Shown here: in pieces, positions 24,940-36,409 of the stretch
How the letters are laid out: each line of letters starts with the position of its first letter
Position numbering within the stretch: position 1 is the first letter of the stretch
The notes under the pieces: generated by a model
Databases searched by the model: none
Seen by the model: only the letters and a program-made list of their open reading frames with translations
Told to the model about the DNA's origin: nothing
From: Squalus acanthias
Lineage: Eukaryota
Direction: 5' to 3'
Assembly (NCBI GenBank): GCA_030390025.1
Contig: JASTWF010000035.1
Location: 3,782,001 to 3,846,000, forward strand
DNA length: 64,000 nt
Translations under genes and position numbers: made by a program

Positions 24940-25407
24940 AAGAATGAGAGCGTAGAGTGCGAGCCTAAGGGGAAACAGTGCAAGAGGATAACAGATAAAA
25001 GCGTGAGAATCGGCAGCAGAGAGTGAGTGAGTGAGTGTGCGAGCGGAAGGTGGAAACCTGAGAAAGAAATTCAAAAGTAACATCACTGCTGCGGAGCAAG
25101 CGGATCGGTGGGTAACCGATCAAGTACTTACAGTAAAAAACGGTGGGAGAGAGAGTGACCTCGAGAGTAAAAAGCGGCAGAAGAGAGTGGCCCCAAGAGT
25201 ATAAAGCGGCGGGAGAGAGCAAGTGGCCCCAACAGTATAAAGCAGCGTGAGAGAGAGATTGACCCCGAGAGTATAAAGCAGAGGGAGCGTGGCCCCGAGA
25301 GTATAAAGCAGAGGGAGCGTGGCCCCGAGAGTATAAAGCAGAGGGAGAGAGAGAGAAGGTCAAGGAGTGCGGTAAAGAAACACCTAAAGTGACATCAGCA
25401 CAAGGGA
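24940..25407 (+). mobile_element. Orphan CR1 5'-UTR-like segment with ~30-bp tandem monomers; duplicate at 33476-33943
   Basis: Repeats of GAGAGTATAAAGCAGAGGGAGCGTGGCCCC; ends aaagtgacatcagcacaagggaa, similar to the 5' UTR upstream of the ORF1 remnant near 41100. Confidence 0.55.
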
Positions 25408-26941
25408 ACATAATTAAGAACATAAGAAATAGGAGCAGGAGTCGGCCATTTGGCCCTTCGAGCCTGCTTCGCCATTCAATAAGGTCATGGCTGATCTTCT
25501 ACCTCATCTCCACTTTCCTGAACTATCCCCATGTCCCTTGATTCTCTTAATATTCAAAAATCTATCGATCTCTGTCTTGAATATACTCAACGACTGAGCC
25601 TCCACAGCCCTCTGGGGTAGAGAATTCCAAAGATTCATCGCCCTCTGAGTGAAGAAATCTCTCCTCATCTCAGTCCTAAATGGCCAACCCCTTATTCTGA
25701 GACTGAGACCCCTAGTTCTAGACTCCCCAGCCAGGGGAAACATCCTCCCTGCATCTACCCTGTCAAGCCCTGTAAGAATTTTGTATGTTTCAATGAGATC
25801 ACCGCTCATTCTTCTAAACTCTAGAGAATATAGGCTTAGTCTGCTCAATCTGTCTTCATAGGACAATCCCCCCCATCCCAGGAACCAGTCTGGTGAACCT
25901 TTGTTGCACTCCCTCTATGGCAAGTATATCCTTCCTTAGGTAAGGAGACCAAAACTGTGCACAATACTCCAGGTGTGGTCTCACCAGGGCCCTATATAAT
26001 TGCAGTAAGACGTCTTTACTCTTATACTCAAATCCTCTTGTAATAAAGACCAACATACCATTTGCTTTCCTAATTGCTTGCTGTACCTGCATGTTTACTT
26101 TCAGTGATTTGTGTACAAGGACAGCCAGGTCCCTCTGAACAGCAACATTTCCCAATCTCTCACCATTTAAAAAGTACTCTGCTTTTCTGTTTTTCCAACC
26201 AAAGTGGATAACTTCACATTTCTCCACGTTATATTGCATCTGCCACGCTTCTGCCCACTCACCCAACCTGTCCAAATCATCCTGGAGTTTCTCGGTATCC
26301 TCCTCGCAGCACACACGCCCACCCAGCTTTGTGTCATCTGCAAACTTGGAGATATTACATTTAGTTCCCTTATCTAGATCATTAATGTATATTGTGAATA
26401 GCTAGGGTCCAAGGACCGATCCCTGCGGTACCCCACTAGTCACTGCCTGCCACTCGGAAAAAGACCCATTAATTCCTACTCTCTGCTTTCTGTCCGCCAA
26501 CCAGTTCTCTATCCAAGTCAATACCTTGCCCCCAATCCCATGTGCCTCAACTTTACACGCTAATCTCTTATGCAGGACCTTATCGAAAGCCTTTTGAAAG
26601 TCCAAATACACCACATCTACTGGTTCTCCCTTATCTATTTTCCCAGTTACATCCTCAAAAAATTCCAGTAGATTAGTCAAGCACGATTTATCTTTTGTAA
26701 ATCCATGTTGACTTTGTCCGATCCTGTCACTGTTTTTCAAGTGTTCAGCTATTACATCCTTTATAATGGACTAGCATTTTCCCCACTACCGATGTCGGGC
26801 TTACCGGTCTGTAATTCCCTGCTTTCTCTCTACCACCCTTTTTGAATAGTGGGGTAACATTAGCTACCCTCCAATCCATGGGTACAGTTCCAGATTCCAT
26901 CGAATGTTGGAAGATGATCAACAATGCATCTACTATTTCTA
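25408..26941 (-). mobile_element. Chimeric CR1 at the duplication junction
   Basis: ORF 25856-26314 has the N-terminal part of the 19011 element joined in frame to the C-terminal part of the 33944 element. Confidence 0.9.
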
Positions 26942-29900
26942 TTTCTACATCTTGATTTTCTGAGCCAGTAGCCTTTCTCCATATTGCTCTGATTTCATCT
27001 TTTACTAACAACGCCACCCGACCTCCTTTTCCTTTTTACCTGTCCTTCCTAAATATCGAATATCCTTGGATATTCAGCTCCCAGTCTTGGTCACCCTGCA
27101 GCCATGTCTCCGTAATCGCAATTATATCGTATCCGTTTACATCTATTTGCATATCCCTGAAGGACGTAACTGCCAGTCTGGGCCTGCGACAGGTGGTGAG
27201 AGAACCAACACGATGGAAAAACCTATCCTACCTTCCTCACCAATCTACCTGTCGTAGATGCATCTGTCCATGACCGCATTGGTAGCAGTGACCACCGCAC
27301 AGTCATTGTGGAGATGAAGTCCCATCTTCACACTGAGGACACCCTCCATTGTGTTGTGTGGCACTACCACCGTGCTAAATGGGATAGATTCAGAACAGAT
27401 CTAGCAGCTCAAACCTGGGCATCCATGAGGTGCTGTAGGCCATCAGCAGCAGCAGAATTGTATTCCACCACAATCTGTAACTTCATGGCCCGGCATATCC
27501 CTCACTGTACCATTACCACCAAGCCAGGGGACCAACCCTGGTTCAATAAGGAGTGTAGAAGAGCATGCCAGGAGCAGCACCAGGCATACCAAAAAATGAG
27601 ATGCCAACCTGGGGAAGCTGCAACACAGGACTACATGCATGCTAAAAAGCAGAAGCAGCATGCTATAGACAGGGCGAAGCGATTCCATAATCAACAGATC
27701 AGAACAAAGCTCTGCAGTCCTGCCACATCCAGTCGTGAATGGTGGTCGATATTTAAACAACTAACGGGAGGAGGAGGCTCCATGAATATTCCCCATCCTC
27801 AATGATGGTGGAGCCCAGCACATGAGTGCAAAAGACAAGGCTGAAGCGTTTGCAACCATCTTCAGCCAGAAGTGCTGAGTGGATGATCCATATCGGCCTA
27901 CTTCCGAGGTCCCTACCATCACAGAAGCCAGTCTTCAGCCAATTCGATTCACTCCACGTGATATCAAGAAACGGCTGTGCACACTGGATACAGCAAAGGC
28001 TATGGGCCCCGACAACATCCCGGCTATCGTGCTGAAGACTTGTGCTCCAGAACTAGCCGCGCCTCTAGCCAAGCTGTTCCAGTACAGCTACAAGACTGGC
28101 ATCTATCCGACAATGTGGAAAAGGGCCCAGGTATGTCCTGTCCACAAAAAGCAGGACAAATCCAACCCAGCCAATTACCGCCCCATCAGTCTGCTCTCAA
28201 TCATCAGCAAAATGATGGAAGGTGTCATCGACAGTGCTATCAAGCGGCACTTCCAGAAGTGAAGTGAGAGTGACTGCCCTTGACATCAAGGCAGTATTTG
28301 ACCGAGTGTGGCATCAAGGAGCCCTAGTGAAACTGAAGTCAATGGGAATCGGGGAAAACGCTCCACTAGCTGGAGTCATACCTAGCACAAAGGAAGATGG
28401 TTGTGGTGGTTGAAGGTCAATCATCACACCCCACAGGACATCGCTGCAGGAGTTCCTCAGGGCAGTGTCCAAGGCCCAGCCATCTTCAGCTGCTTCATCA
28501 ATGACCTTCCCTCCAACATAAGGTCAGAAATGGGGATGTTCGCTGATGACTGCACAGTGTTCAGTGCCATTCACAACTCCTCAGATAATGAAGCAGTCCA
28601 TGCCCACGTGCAACAAGACCTGGACGACGTTCAGGCTTGGGCTGATAAGTGGCAGGTAACATTCGCGCCACAGAAGTGCCAGACAATGACTATCTCCAAC
28701 AAGCGAGAGTCTAACCACCTCCCCTTGACATTCAACGGCATTACCATCGCCGAATCCCCCACCATCAACATCCTGGGTGTCACCATTGACCAGAAACTTA
28801 ACTGGACCAGCTACATAAACACTGTGGCAACAAGAGCAGGTCAGAGGCTTGGTATTCTGCGGTGAGTGTCTCACCTCCTGACTCCCCAAAGCCGTTCCAC
28901 CATCTACAAGGCACAAGTAAGGAGTGTGACGGAATACTCTGCACTTGCCTGGATGAGTGCAGCTCCAACAGCACTCAAGAAGCTCGACACCATCCAAGAC
29001 AAAGCAGCCTGCTTGGTTGGCACACCATGCACCACCTTAACATAGAAACATAGAAAATAGGTACAGGAGTAGACCATTCGGTCCTTCGAGCCTGCACCGC
29101 CATTCAATGCGTTCATGGCTGAACATGCTACCTCAGTACCCCATTCCTGCTTTCTCGCCATACCCCTTGATCCCCCTAGTTGTGACTGTTATATCTAACT
29201 CCCTTTTGAATATATTTAGCAAACTGGCCTCAACAACCTTCTGTGGAAGAGAATTCCATAGATTCACCACTCTCTGGGTGAAGAAGTTCCTCCTCAGCTC
29301 AGTCTTAAATGGCTTCCCCTTAATCCTTAGACTGTGACCCCTGGTTCTAGTTTTCCCTAACATTGGGAACATTCTGCCCGCATCTAATTTGTCTAAACCA
29401 GTCAGGATTTTAAATGTCTCTATAAGATCCCCCCTCATTCTTCTGAACTCCAGAAGATACAAGTTCAGTTGACCCAATCTTTCTTGATATGTCAGTCCGG
29501 CCATCCCAGGAATCAATCAAGTGAACCTTCGCTGCACTCCCTCAATAGCAAGAATGTCCTTCCTTAAGTTAGGAGACCAAAACTGCGCACAATACTCCAG
29601 GTGTGGCCTCACCAAGGCCCTGTACAACTGCAGCATCACCTCCCTACTCCTGTACTCAAATCCCCTTACTATGAAGGCCATCATTCCGTTTGCTTTCTTG
29701 ACTGCCTGCTGCACTTGCATTCCCACCTTCAGTGACTGATGTACCATGACGCCCAGGTCTCGTTGCACCTCCCCTTTCCCTAATCTGCCACCATTCAGGT
29801 AATAGTCCGCCTCTCTATTTTTACCACCAAAGTGGATAACCTCACATTTATCCACATTGTACTTCATCTGCCATACATTTGCCCATTCACCCAACCTGTC

Positions 29901-32900
29901 CAAGTCACTCTGTAGCCTCCTAGCATCCTCCTCATTGTTCACACTGCCTCCCAATTTAGTGTCATCCACAAATTTGGAGATATTACATTTAATCCCTTCG
30001 TCCAAATCATTAATATATAATGTAAACAGCTGGGGTCCCAGCACCGAACCCTGCGGTACCCCGCTGGTCACTGCCTGCCATTCTGAAAAGTACCCATTTA
30101 CTCCTACTCTTTGTTTCCTGTGTGCCAACCAGTTCTCAATCCACGTCAACACATTACCCCCAATCCCATGTGCTTTAACTTTGCTCACCAATCTCTTGTG
30201 TGGGACCTTGTCGAAGGCCTTCTGAAAGTCCAAATACACCACATCTACTGGTTCCCCCCTGTCCACCCTATTGGAAACATCCTCAAAAAATTCCAGAAGA
30301 TTTGTCAAGCATGATTTCCCTTTCACAAATCCATGCTGACTTGGACCTATCATGTCGCCACTTTCCAAATGGTCTGTTATGACATCTTTAATAATTGCTT
30401 CCATCATTTTACCCACGACCGATGTCAGGCTGACCGGTCTATAATTCCCTGCTTTCTCCCTCCCTCCTTTTTTAAAAAGAGGGGTTACATTGGCCACCCT
30501 CCACTCCATCGGAACTGATCCAGAGTCTAAGGAATGTTGGAAAATGATCGTCAATGCATCCACTATTTCCAAGGCCACCTCCTTAAGTACTCTGGGATTC
30601 AGACCATCAGGCCCCGGGGATTTTTCAGCCTTCAGTCCCATCAATTAAACATTCACTCCCTCCACCACCGGTGTACCGTGGCTGCAGTGTGTACCACCTA
30701 CAAGATGCACTGCAGCAACTCGCCAAGGCTTCTTCAGCAACACCTCCGAAACCCGCGACCTCTTGCACCTAGAAGGACAAGGGCAGCAGGCGTATGGGAA
30801 CACCACCACCTCCAAGTTCCCCTCCAAGTCACACACCATCCTGACTTAGAAATATATCGCCGATCCTTCATCGTCGCTGGGTCAAAATCCTGGAACTGCC
30901 TACCTAACAGCACTATGGGAGTACCTTCACCACACGGACTGCAGCGGTTCAAGAAGGTGGCTCACCACCACCTTCTCAGGGGCAATTAGGGATGGGCAAT
31001 AAATGCTGGCCTTGCCAGCGACGCCCACATCCCATAAACGAATAAAAAAAAGGCCATATACACATCAACCGTACTACCCTCATCCACCCACAGGGTTGTA
31101 ACATTTGCAATCCTCTTGACAAGCATTTAAAGATAGAATGACAAAATTGCAAAAATTGTTTATACCAATCTGGCATAAAAGGAAATCTAAAAAGGTGACT
31201 CAACCGTGGATAACAGGGGAAATTAGAGACAGCATAAAATCCAAAGATAGGGCGTATAAAATAGCCAAAAAACGCGCCAGAGCGGAAGATTGGGAACAGT
31301 TTAAGATAGAGCAAAGGAGGGCAAAGGGCTTAATCAAGAAGGGCAAAATAGCTTACGAAAGCAAGCTGGCGGAAAATATAAAAACTAACTCCAAAAGCTT
31401 TTATAAGTATATCAAGAGGAAAAGACTGGTGAAAACCAAAGTTGGTCCATTGCAGTCAGATACGGGGGAATATATAATGGGAAATAAGGAAATGGCAGAC
31501 CAACTAAATGCATACTTTGGGTCAGTCTTTACGAAGGAAGACACAAAAAACCTCCCTGGGATATCGGGAAAAATAGGGACATTGGCAAAGGAGGAACTGA
31601 CGCAAATCAATATCTCTAAGGATATGGTGTTAAGGAAGCTAAAGGGATTGAAGGCGGACAAATCCCCAGGGCCTGATAACATGCATCCTAGGGTACTGAA
31701 GGAGGTGGCCCTAGAGATAGCGGATGCACTAAGCATGATTTTTCAGAATTCATTAGACTCGGGAACAGTGCCCATGGATTGGAGGGTAGCTAACGTTACC
31801 CCACTATTCAAAAAGGGGGGTAGGGAAAAAGCAGGTAATTACAGACCTGTAAGCCTTACATCAGTTGTGGGCAAAATGCTGGAGTCCATCATTAAGGATG
31901 AAATAGCCGAGCACTTAGCAAATGGGGACAGGATAGGACAGAGTCAACATGGATTTACAAAGGGTAAATCGTGCTTGACTAATCTATTGGAATTTTTTGA
32001 GGGAGTAACTGGTAAAATAGATGGGGGAGAGCCAGTAGATGTGGTGTACCTGGACTTCCAAAAGGCCTTCGATAAGGTCCCACATAAAAGATTAGCATGG
32101 AAAATTGAAGCTCATGGGATAAAGGGGAAAGTATTGACGTGGATAGAGAACTGGCTGTCAGATAGAAAACAGAGAGTTGGAATAAACGGCTCATTTTCTG
32201 AATGGCAGGCAGTAACAAGTGGGGTACCACAGGGATCTGTCCTGGGTCCCCAGCTGTTCACAATTTATATTAATGACCTGGATCAGGGAGTCGAATGCAG
32301 CATTTCCAAATTTGCAGACGACACTAAACTAGGAGGGGGGGTGGGCTCAGAGGAGGAGACCAGGAAGCTCCAGAGCAATTTGGACAGACTGGGTGATTGG
32401 GCGGATAAATGGCAGATGCACTATAATGTGGACAAGTGCGAAGTTATCCACCTTGGGTGCAGGAACGGGAGGGCAAATTATTATTTAAATGGCAATAAAT
32501 TGGGAGAGGGGGAAGTACAGAGAGACCTGGGTGTTCTTGTACACCAGTCACTGAAGGCGAGCATGCAGGTGCAACAGGCGGTCAAGAAGGCAAACGGTAT
32601 GCTGGCCTTCATAGCAAAAGGGTTGGAATACAGGAACAGGGATACCTTGCTGCAGCTGTACAGGGCACTGGTGAGACCACACCTCGAGTACTGTGTACAG
32701 TTTTGGTCGCCTCATCTGAGGAAAGATGTTCTTGCCATGGAGGGGGTGCAGCGGCGATTCACCAGGCTGATACCAGGAATGGCGGGATTGACCTATGAGG
32801 AGAGACTATGTAGTTTAGGGATGTACACACTGGAGTTTAGAAGATTGAGAGGGGACCTCATAGAAGTGTATAAAATTCTGACAGGTCTAGACAGATTAGA

Positions 32901-34763
32901 TGCAGAAGGAATGTTTCCCTTGGCGGGTGAGAACAGAACTAGAGGACATAATTTAAGGATAAGGGCTAAACCATTTAGGACAGAAATGAGGGGGAATTTC
33001 TTCACTCAGAGAGTGGTGAACCTGTGGAACTCATTGCCACAGAGGGCAGTGTACGCCAGCTCATTAAATATATTTAAGAGGGAATTAGATATATTTCTAC
33101 AGGCAAAAGGGGTTAAGGGTTACGGAGAGAAGGCGGGGACGGGATACTGAATTGAAGGATCAGCCATGATCTCATTAAATGGCGGAGCAGGCTCGAAGGG
33201 CCGGATGGCCTACTCCTGCTCCTATCTTCTATGTATCTATGTATCTATGACACCGTTTCCGTATCTAAGGAAGATTGTGGCCAGAGCCTCCTCAATTACT
33301 TCCCTCAGCAACCTAGGATGCATCCCATCCGGACTGGGTGACTTTTCTACTTTGAGGACTGCCAACCTTTTAAGTACCTCCTATCTATTTTGAACCCTTA
33401 CCCTAACCCTATCCAATTTCTCTACTACCTACTGCTTTACTACTGCATTTAGTGAAGACAGATGAAAAGTATTCAAAGAATGAGAGCGTAGAGTGCGAGC
33501 CTAAGGGGAAACAGTGCAAGAGGATAACAGATAAAAGCGTGAGAATCGGCAGCAGAGAGTGAGTGAGTGAGTGTGCGAGCGGAAGGTGGAAACCTGAGAA
33601 AGAAATTCAAAAGTAACATCACTGCCGCGGAGCAAGCGGATCGGTGGGTAACCGATCAAGTACTTACAGTAAAAAACGGTGGGAGAGAGAGTGACCTCGA
33701 GAGTAAAAAGCGGCAGAAGAGAGTGGCCCCAAGAGTATAAAGCGGCGGGAGAGAGCAAGTGGCCCCAACAGTATAAAGCAGCGTGAGAGAGAGATTGACC
33801 CCGAGAGTATAAAGCAGAGGGAGCGTGGCCCCGAGAGTATAAAGCAGAGGGAGCGTGGCCCCGAGAGTATAAAGCAGAGGGAGAGAGAGAGAAGGTCAAG
33901 GAGTGCGGTAAAGAAACACCTAAAGTGACATCAGCACAAGGGAACATAATTAAGAACATAAGAAATAGGAGCAGGAGTCGGCCATTTGGCCCTTCGAGCC
34001 TGCTTCGCCATTCAATAAGGTCATGGCTGATCTTCTACCTCATCTCCACTTTCCTGAACTATCCCCATGTCCCTTGATTCTCTTAATATTCAAAAATCTA
34101 TCGATCTCTGTCTTGAATATACTCAACGACTGAGCCTCCACAGCCCTCTGGGGTAGAGAATTCCAAAGATTCATCGCCCTCTGAGTGAAGAAATCTCTCC
34201 TCATCTCAGTCCTAAATGGCCAACCCCTTATTCTGAGACTGAGACCCCTAGTTCTAGACTCCCCAGCCAGGGGAAACATCCTCCCTGCATCTACCCTGTC
34301 AAGCCCTGTAAGAATTTTGTATGTTTCAATGAGATCACCGCTCATTCTTCTAAACTCTAGAGAATATAGGCTTAGTCTGCTCAATCTGTCTTCATAGGAC
34401 AATCCCCCCCATCCCAGGAACCAGTCTGGTGAACCTTTGTTGCACTCCCTCTATGGCAAGTATATCCTTCCTTAGGTAAGGAGACCAAAACTGTGCACAA
34501 TACTCCAGGTGTGGTCTCACCAGGGCCCTATATAATTGCAGTAAGACGTCTTTACTCTTATACTCAAATCCTCTTGTAATAAAGACCAACATACCATTTG
34601 CTTTCCTAATTGCTTGCTGTACCTGCATGTTTACTTTCAGTGATTTGTGTACAAGGACAGCCAGGTCCCTCTGAACAGCAACATTTCCCAATCTCTCACC
34701 ATTTAAAAAGTACTCTGCTTTTCTGTTTTTCCGACCAAAGTGGATAACTTCACATTTCTCCAC
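26228..34763. repeat. Tandem segmental duplication, copy 2 (6405 bp plus a 2131-bp CR1 insertion); repeats all elements of copy 1
   Basis: Offset is 6405 up to 31121 and 8536 from 33253; I saw four substitutions by eye. Confidence 0.95.
31122..33247 (+). mobile_element. Very young 5'-truncated CR1 with an open 670-aa ORF2 fragment and intact RT motif
   Basis: ORF 31138-33150 with KFADDTK; (ATCTATGT)n tail; TSD TGACA at 31117-31121 and 33248-33252; empty site in copy 1 at 24712-24716. Confidence 0.97.
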
Positions 34764-36068
34764 ATTGTATTCCATTTGCCATGTTCTTACCCACTCACTT
34801 AGCCTGTCTGTATCCCCTTGAAGCCTCCTTGCATCCTCCTCACAACTTACATTCCCACCCAGCTTTGCATCATCAGCAAACTTGGATATATTACATTTGG
34901 TCCCCTCATCCAAATCATTGATGTAGATTGTGAATAGCTGAGGCCCAAGCACTGATCCTTGCGGTACCCCAGTAGTTACAGCCTGCCAACCCGAAAATGA
35001 CCCGTTTATTCCTACTCTCTGTTTTTGTCCGTTAACCAATCCTCAATCCATGCTAGTATATTACCTCCAATCCCATGAGCCCTAATTTTGTTTAATAACC
35101 TCTTGTGTGGCACCTTATTGAATGCCTTCAGAAAATCCAAATACACCACATCCACTGGTTCCCCCTTATCTATTCTGCTAGTTACAATTTCATAAATCCG
35201 TGTTGAATCTGCCCAATCTTATTATTATTTTCTAAGTGCCCTGTTGCCACGTCCTTAATAATAGATTCTCGCATTTTCCCTGTTACTGATGTCAGGCTAA
35301 CTGGTCTGTAGTTCACCGTTTTCTCTCTCCCTCCTTTCTTAAATAGTGAGGTTACATTTGCTACCTTCCAATCTGCGGGAACCGTTCTCGAATTTATGGA
35401 ATTTTGGAAAATGACAACCAATGCATCCAGTATCTCTATAGCCAACTCTTTCAAAACCCTAGGATGTAGGCTATCAGGTCCAGGGGATGTATCGGCTTTC
35501 AGTCCCATTAATTTCTCCAGTACTACTTTTTTATTAACACTAATTCCTTTCAGTTCCTCATTCTCGCTAGACCCTTGGTTCTCCACTATTTCCGGGAAGT
35601 TTTTTGCGTCTTCTTCCGTGAAGACAGACACAAAGTATTTGTTTAATTTCTCTGCCATTTCCTTATTCCCCATTATAATTTCTCCTGTCTCAGCCCGTAA
35701 GGGGCCCACATTTATTTTTGCTAATCTTTTCCTTTTTACATACCTATAGAAGCTTTTACAGTCTATTTCTATTTTCCCTTTCTTTATCAATGTCTTGGTC
35801 CTCCTTTGCTGAATTCTAAAATGCTCCCAATCCTCAGGCTTACTACTCTTTTTGGCAGCATTATAAGCCTCTTCCTTTGATCTAATACTATCTTTAACTT
35901 CTCTTGTTAACCATGGTTGGACCACTTTTCCTGTGGGGTTTTTGTGCCTCAAAGGAATGTATATTTGTTGTAAATTATGTATTCTTTAAATGCTAGCCAT
36001 TGCTCGTCCACTGTCCTACCTTTTAATGTAGTTTCCCAATTTACCAAAGCCAACTCACCCCTCATACC
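33944..36068 (-). mobile_element. 5'-truncated CR1 with internal deletions; carries the right breakpoint of the duplication
   Basis: ORFs 35182-35952, 34392-35039 and 34040-34402. Confidence 0.9.
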
Positions 36069-36400
36069 TAGAATCATAGAAAGTTACAGCACGGAAGGAG
36101 GCCATTTCGGCCCATCGTGTCCGCGCCGGCTGACAAAGAGCTTTCCAGCCTAATCCCACTTCCCAGCTCTTGGTCCGTAGCCCTGCAGGTTAGAGCATCC
36201 CAAGTGCACATCCAAGTACTTTTTAAATGTGGTTAGGGTTCCTGCCTCAACTACCCTTTCAGGCAGTGAGTTCCAGACCCCCACAACCCTCTGGGTGAAG
36301 AAATTACCCCTCAAATCCCCTCTAAACCTTCCACCAATTACTTTAAATCTGTGCCCCCTGGTTTTTGACCCCTGTGCTGAGGGAAATAGGTCCTTTCTAT
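36069..36400 (-). mobile_element. CR1 3' end fragment
   Basis: tagaatcatag tail; reverse complement of TQRVVGVWNSLP. Confidence 0.8.
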
Positions 36401-36409
36401 CTCTGCTTT

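Larger units (their letters stand above)
19823..26227. repeat. Tandem segmental duplication, copy 1 (6405 bp)
   Basis: ORF track repeats at an offset of 6405; sequence near-identical to copy 2. Confidence 0.95.

Noticed and set aside
31138..33150. Stand-alone RT gene or retron-like system
   Set aside because: It is a 5'-truncated CR1 ORF2 with TSD and 3' tail, lacking the endonuclease and promoter.
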